Shown here: positions 54,505 through 64,000 of the stretch, in pieces | Layout: every line of letters starts with the position of its first letter | Numbering within the stretch: the first letter of the stretch is position 1 | Assembly: GCA_002189035.1 (NCBI GenBank) | Contig: CM007990.1 | Span: forward strand, 4,774,001-4,838,000 | Direction of reading: 5' to 3' | Origin: Utricularia gibba | Lineage: Eukaryota; Plantae; Magnoliophyta | DNA length: 64,000 nt | Notes under the pieces: generated by a model | Database searches by the model: none | Told to the model about the DNA's origin: nothing | Seen by the model: the letters and a program-made list of their open reading frames with translations, nothing else | Position numbers and translations under genes: made by a program

Positions 54505-55984
54505 ATGGCGGATAAGGATCTTGAGTCTGCTAGCAGAAGATTGAGTTCCATCTCCGGCCACCTCGCTCCGCCGCAAGATTTTCGGAGAGGGGTTTCTCTT
54601 GGATTCTCTAACTGCAGCAACTCTGATTCCTACCACCGTGTGCACGGCGAAGTTCCCACTCACATTCCCAAGTGGCAGCCGGCGGTTGACGAATTTGGGA
54701 AGCCTTTCACTGACATTATCTATGAAAAATCCGAGGGGATTGCTAAGGTCAGTTTATTTGAGTTATACTTGTGAAATGAATGTAGAATGGTTTCTGATGC
54801 TCAATGGGTTGAGAGATTTGTGCATTATATGGTGCTTTTTTTTTGCTTTAAGATCACTATTAACAGGCCGGAGAGGAGAAATGCTTTCCGGCCTCAAACG
54901 GTGAAAGAGCTGATGCGAGCGTTCAACGATGCGAGGGATGATGATTGCATTGGAGTGATAGTTCTAACCGGAAAGGTTCTTTTTTTCTTTTTGTTCTCCT
55001 TTCTCTTCGGATCGGAAATGAACTTTGGACTTGCATGAAGCGTAGAGTCTTTTCAGGGCAACTTGGCATTTTGCAGCGGTGGCGATCAAGCTTTACGAGG
55101 GAGTCAAGGGTACATTGATTATGATAGCGTTGGCCGGCTGAATGTTTTGGATTTACAGGTTCTTTGTTTATAGCATTTACTCAAGAACACTTACAGAATA
55201 CTGAACTATATCAAGTTGGGTTTTGAGGAGTTTTGTGACGCATGAAGGTTCAAATTCGTCGTCTTCCCAAGCCAGTAATTGCCATGGTGAGATTCATTGC
55301 AATTGTTTACAGAACTGAACGCATATGCTTGCTAACTAGTAATCTTGAAAAAAGGTTGCGGGGTACGCCGTAGGAGGCGGCCATGTTCTCCATTTGGTTT
55401 GCGATTTAACAATTGCTGCAGATAATGCAATATTTGGGCAAACAGGGCCCAAAGTTGGAAGCTTTGACGCTGGCTATGGAGCATCGATCATGGCGCGTTT
55501 GGTGAGTTTGAAACATATAACTGCAATCAATTCCAGAAACCCACATGTTTTTCATTAAAATTGGCACACAGATTGGTCCGAAACGAGCCAGAGAGATGTG
55601 GTTCATGACGAGGTTCTACAACGCTACTGAAGCGGAAAAGATGGGGCTTGTGAACACCGTTGTTCCGGTAAGGTTCAGTGCTTTTTCGGTACAAAGAGAT
55701 GGGCTTTTTGCTGAAATGCGGGACTTATGGTTGTGGGTGTCTAGCTGGAGAAATTGGAGGAGGAGACGGTTAAATGGTGCAGAGAGATACTCAGGAACAG
55801 CCCCACGGCGATTCGTGTATTGAAATCAGCCATCAACGCAGTAGATGACGGCCACGCTGGGCTTCAACAGGTCGGCGGCGACGCCACGCTTCTCTTCTAC
55901 GGGACAGAAGAAGGTGCTGAAGGGAAGAACGCGTATTTGGAAAAGAGGAAGCCTGATTTCTCCCGATTCCCCCGCCTTCCTTAA
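54505..55984 (+). CDS. MENB: 1,4-dihydroxy-2-naphthoyl-CoA synthase (phylloquinone biosynthesis), peroxisomal
   Basis: PTS2 RLSSISGHL; [77 protein letters not shown]. Confidence 0.97.
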
Positions 55985-56557
55985 CGATGATTAAAATATC
56001 ATTCAAAACTTGAAACCTGGACTAGAATTCCTCGATGCGGTAACTCAATCGACGGCGCTTGAGTTGCCAATGGCCCAACCCCAAGTGCATCCAACGGCTG
56101 AGGAATGAGGATTCCCATCTTTCAACGCTGATATTTTATTATCACACTCGTGAAAACTCGGGAGATTCTTCAGTTCCGGACTGATTTTTGGCGTTAGGGT
56201 TATGTAACGCAGGTACTCCTCTCTTGGCCCGTTCTGGACGCTTCGCGAGTTTTTGCAATACGTGTATTCTCGCTGTGAAATCTAGATTTCGGTTACGAAT
56301 TGGATTCCTTTCTTTGAAGACGAAGATTGGTGAAACCTTTTGCTTTGCTGTGGAACTTGAATACTTGAGCTGTTCAGCTTTTACGGTTTTCTCGTGATTT
56401 TTGTATGTATTCGTATTGCCCGAGCTTTCGTAGACGTGCGCGGCATTTGATTCGGCATTTTCTGGATTCATCGATTGGTACAGTTTGCTAATGTGAATGT
56501 GTTTCCTCCGAGAGTTCTGCTCTGGGTTTTTACCTTGATATTATTCAGGTTCTCTGA

Positions 56558-57044
<487 letters not shown>

Positions 57045-57814
57045 GGAAGCTCCTTTCTTAAACACGACGCCTTGTGTTCTCCCAAGATGTCTTGTGTATA
57101 CATGGGCATTCCGGCTTCCACGCCTGTGTTTAATTAGACTAGACATTGTCTCCCCCATTGCAGGCACGAAGGAATGAATGCTTCTGCTGTTCCTCTTTGC
57201 GAACGCATTGCAGGCATGTACGGTGACTGTTGCTTGTGTTGCTTTGCGGACCCCCTTAATACCCACCCTTCTGGTGACAAAACTACTACTTTACCAGGAC
57301 ACCGGAGTTGCAACTTCTAGAAAGGTGACAGCATATCGTACGGTGATGCGAAGCGACTATGAAAATGGTTAACGGAATTATGCACTGAGCTATGGGATTT
57401 GTAGCCAGCCCATTCAAGATAATCCGACCCCCTATAACGGGGAAACATGGGGCTTCCTCGGAAGCGTCGATCGCCGGAGGAATGACCCAGAATTTCAAAT
57501 ACGATGATGCCTAAACGCCATTGCATTCTGATCACGGAAGGCGAGGCGCTTGAGCCCCTACAGCTTCTTTGATTCTTGATTCTGGTTCTGTATCTGGTAT
57601 TGCAGCTTTGCTGAAGCTGCTTTGTTTTTGTTGATGAACCCTGGTCAAGACGTGAAATGAAGAGGAAAATGACATAGAACTTGGAGCATGATTGCTCTTA
57701 TGTGCTGCTCAACTTCAGCAAAACATCAAGCTACTACAAATCTTTTTAAAAATGTATACTTGATTTCGCGGCAGCAGGGAGCTTCATCTTGGAATGATTC
57801 CATGCACGAAATGC

Positions 57815-58240
57815 CTAGACGTTCTCAGCAAACCTCACCGCCGGTTTGTGTCCGCCATTGTTGTAGACGTGGGGTTGGCTTGCTTTCGGGTGAGCTTTTG
57901 CTTTTGCTTTGCCTCCATTTTTGACCGGGGGCGTTTTCTTGTCGAACCCGAACTCTATGTCTCCATCTCTCATGATGAAGTTTGGCTTCTGCCACTCCTT
58001 CGGCCCCAGCGCCGTCTTCTTTGGAGCACGGCTCGCCGCCTCCGCCTCCACGTCCGCCGTCTTCACACGTTTCCGCTGCTTGCTGCAGAGTCTCCCCAGC
58101 ACACAGGCTACACCGGATACCACCACGATCACGGCCAAGACGATGAAAACAGGGCCAAAGGAGCCACCAGGGCGAGGGGGCGCATTCAACTGGCTGACTG
58201 TAACAGGATCAGTATATATACCATAAACACTTTCAGACAT
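57815..58240 (-). CDS. Small plant-specific single-pass membrane protein (At2g26520/At3g57500-like family)
   Basis: 141-aa intronless ORF with GSFGPVFIVLAVIVVVSGVACVLGRLC TM segment, basic juxtamembrane stop-transfer and RDGDIEFGF motif; GC-rich, codon-like composition. Confidence 0.75.
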   Translation of the reverse strand: MSESVYGIYTDPVTVSQLNAPPRPGGSFGPVFIVLAVIVVVSGVACVLGRLCSKQRKRVKTADVEAEAASRAPKKTALGPKEWQKPNFIMRDGDIEFGFDKKTPPVKNGGKAKAKAHPKASQPHVYNNGGHKPAVRFAENV

Positions 58241-59480
58241 TTTGAAAGATGAAAGATGAGCTCAAACTCTTAGTTGGGAAGCGGGATTTTGAAACTGAAG
58301 CGCATAGGAGACTGCTTGCTTGCGCTCTTGTCGCAGGGATGAAGCAGAGAAGGTGAGTATATATCTATGGCACTGTAAAGAGAATTCAAAATGGAGGGGG
58401 GGCTGTGCTTTTCTGGTCTGTGCTTCTCTTTAATAAAGAGAATCAGAGATCTGGTAGTCTGTGTGGGGAGAAGGATGATGCTTTTGGTTCTTAGGTAGAA
58501 GAGAAAGTGGGAAAAGAAGGAAACAGCTTGGTCTCCATTTACGCATCCCGCATACCAATGAAAGGGAGAGAGCCCCCTGCAAAATTCTCTACGCTTTCGC
58601 TTTTACTCTCCCTTCTGTCTCTACTGAAACTTGGTCACATCGCTATTTCTTTGCTGTGCTTTGTCCTTTTCTTGGCTTGTGGTCTTCCAAAGCATCTTTT
58701 CTAATTCATGTCTGCCATTCCCTGTGGTTGGTTGCAAACTCTTTAGTTACCATAAGATACTGCTTCGTCCCAAGGTGATCTGAGGATGATCCCTCTTGGA
58801 TCCTGTGCAGGTTTCAGGGAGGAGGGCTGGTCTCTGTTTCTACCTGGAAACCATCAAGCTCTCGCCCGGACACAGATTCTTCCCCATTCATCATCAAGTT
58901 GTGTGCATGTATTCTATGTAGCAGCAGCTTCCCTCAGCTGCATTAACAGTCATCCTGATCTCCCTCTCTCCTCATTAGATCAGAGGCTTTTCAGATCATG
59001 CAGCAACAGAACTGGTCGTGATTGGTAACATATTCAGGATCATGGGGCTCGACCGGAAAGTTCGAAGTCCTCCCCTTACCGGTTGAACCAGTTATTTTGA
59101 GAGATCCCGCCGTCGGCGGTGAAGCCGTCTTGTTCTGTTCCATCTGTTTGATGAGAACAAGAGACTGGAGATGAAGGTGAACGCCGATTTTGGGTCATTT
59201 CTACTGATGGAAGCAGAGGTTATGGCATCAATCTCAGTTAGTGAAGAACAGAAAAAGCCTCTTTCAAGCAACAAACAAGATATATGTTGCATCAAAACAT
59301 AACCTTTTATCAGTAAGCTGGTTTCAACAGTGTTTATTATCTACAGTTTCCATCTATCCTAAGCAAATGCAAGAAACAACCTTTTGCATTTCGTGTACAA
59401 TAAATTTATTCAAGATCAGAAAGAAATGGGTACCGACGAAAGCTGCTCGATGTTACACCAGCTTTCCAGATTGCTTGCCA

Positions 59481-60950
59481 TCAAATTGATGTTATAGGAT
59501 TGAGGCTGAAGTCGAGGTTCCAGAGCTCAAGTGAGCCATTGATGAAGTCGTAGTGGCCTCCTTGCAAAGACAGCGTCTTCTTCAATAAACTTTCTCTACA
59601 AATGGGTAAGTCAACAGATTCCCAAGAGAGATATTCACAGCTTCCTGCAAAGAGAAACGGGTGTTGGGACATCACTGAATCGACTGTATGTAATTTCATA
59701 TGTGAGTTATGCAAAACTAACTCTACCTTCTCTAGGCAAGTGCACTTATCGGTTAGGTCCATGTCCTTGCATTCCAACTGAACCTTAGCCTTGGCGGCCT
59801 TGCAAATGCTCACCCATTGCTCGATAAAATCACTGCAATGATTTGAGTCCACTTTCCGAATTCAATGTAACGTTCAGGAAAATGTCACCAACCTGTGGGT
59901 GGTGCCATCATCTGGAATGGACATAAGTCCCTTGATCCCTCCACACGCACTATGCCCGATCACCAATATGTTTTCTACCTGAAGTGACCATCGCCATTTC
60001 TTTATAACACAGAGAAGCAGATCTCAAAGGAAAATGGTGATTACCTTAAGATGAAGCACAGCGTATTCAATTGCAGCCCCATTCCAGAATACTTGGTCTG
60101 AAAAAAGATGAGCGCATTAATGAGTGACCACATAAACGAAACCTCCGGCGAGTAATTATCTTCAAGGAGAAGCGGAATCACCTTATCATAAGGTGGAACC
60201 ATATTCGCTATGTTTCGAACCATGAACGCCTCCCCGGGTTGAAAGTTGAGTACGTGCGAAGGGCATACTCGAGAATCAGAGCAGGCGAAGACCATAAACT
60301 TCGGTCGAACACGGTAATCAGATTAATCCCTTGTCGAAATTACAGTGACGGTAAACGAAGAGAATGGATTTTACCTTCGGGCTTTGACCTTTCGCAAGTT
60401 CCCCATACAGATCAGGATTCTTCCTGAAAAATTGCAAACAGAAAGGAATGTGACATCGGTTTGATCATTTGCGAGAATCCCGCTTTATCCGATTTCGGAA
60501 AGTGCGAGATTCTATGCACCATGTACAAATTTCCTTTCTTACAGTACTACTTACTCGAAATTCTCTTTCCTGAAATGGTCGAATCCGGCGCGGATCCTCT
60601 CCGCCACATCTTTCGTCGACTTCTCGGCGGCGGCTGCTAATTCCGACGTGATATTTCGCACCTTCGCCGCCGCTTCGGCGGTCAACTCCTGGTTCTCACT
60701 GTTGTTTTTTCAGGAAAAGATCAATAAATGAAAAAGGAATTTTAGGGACCCGAGTAGACAAAATTCCACCCACACCGAGAACACGCAATTCCAAAACGGC
60801 AAATAGCAGTACTTTTAGTCATAGTCAATCAAACCCCGTCATTAATCGCGAATCTTCAACCAATCACAAATTAAAGGCAAATGGATTTAAAAAACACCTC
60901 AAAAGCTTCTTGAGGCCGGAGATGGCTTCCTCGCAGGGATCACTCGCCAT
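59481..60950 (-). CDS. Beta carbonic anhydrase, cytosolic betaCA2/3/4 type, multi-exon
   Basis: [92 protein letters not shown]; single-base losses near 60077 and 59597. Confidence 0.95.
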
Positions 60951-62419
60951 TTTCGCTGATCCTGCAAAGCAATCGCAAACTCTACGTTGAATCCAAACCA
61001 AGAACACCGACGGAAAAGCTTCTTCGTATTCCACAATTCGATACCAGCGATTTTTCACAACACGACGACCGCGTTTTCCGATGGATGAAAAGAATGAGAC
61101 AGAAACGCAAAGTGGAGTACCTTTTCAGATCGGAAACTGGATTTATGTGCAGGCAGGCGGAACACGGGATGGAGAAGATGATGAGCTTCAGGCGCGTAGC
61201 GGGAAACTGTCTTTATCATTAAAGTTAACTATAATTAGCATTTTTTAACGCAAGACGAATACGTTACGCGTGTTGGATTGGATACTTGGTCAACGGAAGG
61301 ATGGGTGCATTCCCATAAATACCCCTGTCCCCACTCCTCTCCCCATATATGTTTTTTAAATTACCTTTTTTAATATAATTTTGTTAATTTACATGATATT
61401 AATATCAAATTGATTCATTTAAAAAAATTGTTACTTAAAAAATGATTATTTAGTATATAAATATTTATAATTTTATTTATATGTAATATTATGCAAGTAT
61501 TTATAACATATTTTGAAATACAAGGTAATATTGTATTTCATTACCATAGGACTAATAAAATTAATCTAATAACTATAAATAAACGTTTTAATAGAAAAAT
61601 ATTATAATATTTAAACGACAGTGTTATATATTATTATTTAGCAAACGCATGATTAAGATGTGATATTTAAAGTAAAATAATATTTTTATAATCTGTTAAA
61701 CAAGTCTTTATATTATTAAACCATTTTGAATTTCCAAAATTTTATTCTGCCCAATTATTTTGGGATTTACATACAAAATAGCATGATTTGTATCGTCTTG
61801 ATCATGATTAATGTATTATTATCACTAATATACACCATTTTCTGTCTTAGAACAGGATAAAAAAATTCTTGAAAAATAATAACTAAAGATGCATTATTGA
61901 ATAGTCAAAAGGGTAAAAAAGTAAAGCAAAAATGAACAGGATATGTTCCATTGCACCTTCCCAGAATCACGACTCATCTCTTTTACCTCTGGCTCGCCAC
62001 TCGCCAGGCTGGAGATGTGGGCCCCGCATCCGTAACGCGATTGGGTTTGGAAAACACTGTTCAAGAATTTAATAATAATCGATTAATACGACACCGTTTA
62101 CTTAAAAAAAATTAAAAAACACAGGATTTTCAAATAAAACAACAATAAAAGCTAGAAACTTTTATCAAAATCAATCGAAACCGAGTAACATTGGATTCAT
62201 TGTAATCCATTGCTTTGGTAAGAACGTCACGTTGTCCACAAGGTTTGGGACCAATATCATGATCGATAGAACTACTACAATTCAATTAATCAGTAATCTT
62301 AACCTGAGTCATATTTAGTTTTAGATTATGTTACTAGAAAATTGTAATAGTAGTTTGATATGTATATTAGCGTTATATATTATAACAATCATATATTTAT
62401 TTTTTGAGCATATAAAATG

Positions 62420-62423
<4 letters not shown>

Positions 62424-62455
<32 letters not shown>
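62424..62455 (+). repeat. (AT)16 microsatellite
   Basis: Uninterrupted AT run within an AT-rich intergenic tract. Confidence 0.95.
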
Positions 62456-62457
<2 letters not shown>

Positions 62458-64000
62458 TTCACATATTTAGATTTATATTGTCGTATATCAAACATTTTAT
62501 AAATTAAGTATATAATATCTAATACAAATACGATAATATATTGGTTCATGGTGGGTGATTTTTGTTATGGAGTATGGTTACGTATCAAAAATATGCTGGA
62601 GAGTAGCTAATTGGGCTTGAGTTCTTGATGGGCGTAAAGGTCCCTCATCGACTGGGGCGTGACGGGCATGCTCATCATGTATGTCTCTGTTCATGGGATG
62701 CGCACCCACGAATTGAATCTAATCTAACCTTCGCATCAAGTACTCTTGGGAGTTGGGACTCTACAAGCATCAATAATCTTTCGGTCTGTCTGAAAGAAAA
62801 AAGTGAGTGTCTCTGGAGAATCTTATATGTGAATGTTGTTGCATGCTATCTGGCTGATGATGACCAAAAGGAAAAGGTGACGACACAGTCTTTCATCTCC
62901 CACAATGTCGCGCTTTTGGCAGAGAGGCTCGACCCACCCACCCACCACCACCACTATCTCATTCCCTTTCTTCACCTCTGCTGCCGTTCATTGGACTAGT
63001 AATTGATGATGCTCGAACAGAATAGAGCAGAAGAGGAGGAGGGACTGACAGACGTCTTCGCCTGTTTTCGCAGAGCAGGCTTGGAGAGCGTTTATTCGCA
63101 CAACACAACACTAGAAAGGCTGCTTGTCCAAAAGGAGGAAGAGAGGAAGGAGGGGACAGTTGGGGTCCTACAGCGTATCCCACTGGGCGCCATCTCCAGC
63201 GCAGAGGATGGATATTCCAAACCAGGATCGATAACTTGCCCTCCCACGATGATTAATTGTGATCATTCTCTGGTTTGTTGCATTGAACTTGATCCTTATC
63301 TCCTAATCCTCCTTGTTGCTTTTCTCCCGACGCAAATGGAGGGCACGGAAGGGACCCACGTCCCATGTGAAGTGCTTCTAATATCAGAATCAACCCACAA
63401 TACAGACGCTCCTGTCGCCCACTCCATTATTAATCAAAATCAAAAGGTGATTGTCATCATCTTTTTTCTTCAACTACCGCCCTTGACTACTCCAAAACTG
63501 GGGTTACATTAATCAAGGACTTGATTATCACCTCCGTCCGTAAATTTATTTGTTGGGAAGAGGAGGAAAAACCCAGAGAACACAATCATTTACAGTGCAG
63601 TGCTGAAAGAGTGCCGACGCTGCGCAGTATATAGAATTACAAGAAGAGAAATGGGTCAGAGGGAGATTGAAGATATGCAGCAGCAGGTCCCAGAAATGAA
63701 TGATCTTGTCTCTCTCTTTTCACAGTGGCAACCGCAAATCCGGCATTTGCTATAATAACCACCATCTGGTGATTTTTCGTCAACTGTCTAGACAACAACC
63801 GTTGAAACCACGAGTATATTGCATTAAAAACACAAGTACTACAACCAAAATCCTTGCTCCATTTTTCAAGTCATGCTTGATACGTTAAAGTTATTAAATA
63901 AATAATTTATCATCGATAAATTAAAATAAACTATTCAAGTATTTAAAAAATTATAAATTATAATCTATATTATTTGTATATTTTAACTTCAAATGTGATC

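Noticed and set aside
57200-57540. Short ORFs downstream of the ARF relic (e.g. GMYGDCCLCCF; YRGSDYLEWAGY)
   Set aside because: Could not be matched to any family I know, and the frames are short and mutually inconsistent.
59100-59240. FHLFDENK (EF-hand-like) and CSICL (RING-like) words in different frames
   Set aside because: Neither continues into a full motif; compatible with chance.
63003-63512. 169-aa plus-strand ORF
   Set aside because: No recognisable domain, low-complexity purine-rich origin, no supporting gene structure.

Overview
Gene-dense eudicot plant nuclear DNA. I can support 18 intron-containing or single-exon host genes in about 61 kb, most with very short introns (about 65-100 bp). 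In order: RecQ helicase (RECQL5/RECQL4-type, runs off the left edge), BPP/At1g27850-like proline/serine-rich protein, TLC-domain protein, P-class PPR, cytosolic GAPDH, trihelix GT-1, malectin-LRR receptor kinase, AIRP2-family RING E3, SDA1, GH5 glycosidase, GLE1, MKP1-like phosphatase, GH27 APSE-like glycosidase, SRP receptor beta, GH28 polygalacturonase, peroxisomal MenB, a small single-pass membrane protein and a beta carbonic anhydrase. There is also one fully delimited but decayed 3.7-kb PIF/Harbinger (Pong-like) transposon with TIRs and a TAA target-site duplication. Two gene relics are poorly or not at all represented in the ORF track: the last two exons of ATP-citrate lyase A, and an internally deleted ARF GTPase. 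At least six otherwise conserved genes are broken by single-base losses, nearly all in homopolymer or doublet runs; this looks like long-read consensus error rather than biology. The most interesting real signals are a 70-bp intron bracketed by a 15-bp direct repeat (candidate recent intron gain), an activation-loop deletion in the same kinase, an MKP1 trimmed at both ends, a tandemly duplicated GT-1 promoter and the two syntenic relics. I found no convincing novel multi-gene system, tRNA/rRNA or CRISPR array. All homology calls and Arabidopsis locus IDs come from recalled protein sequences, not from searches, and need BLAST confirmation.
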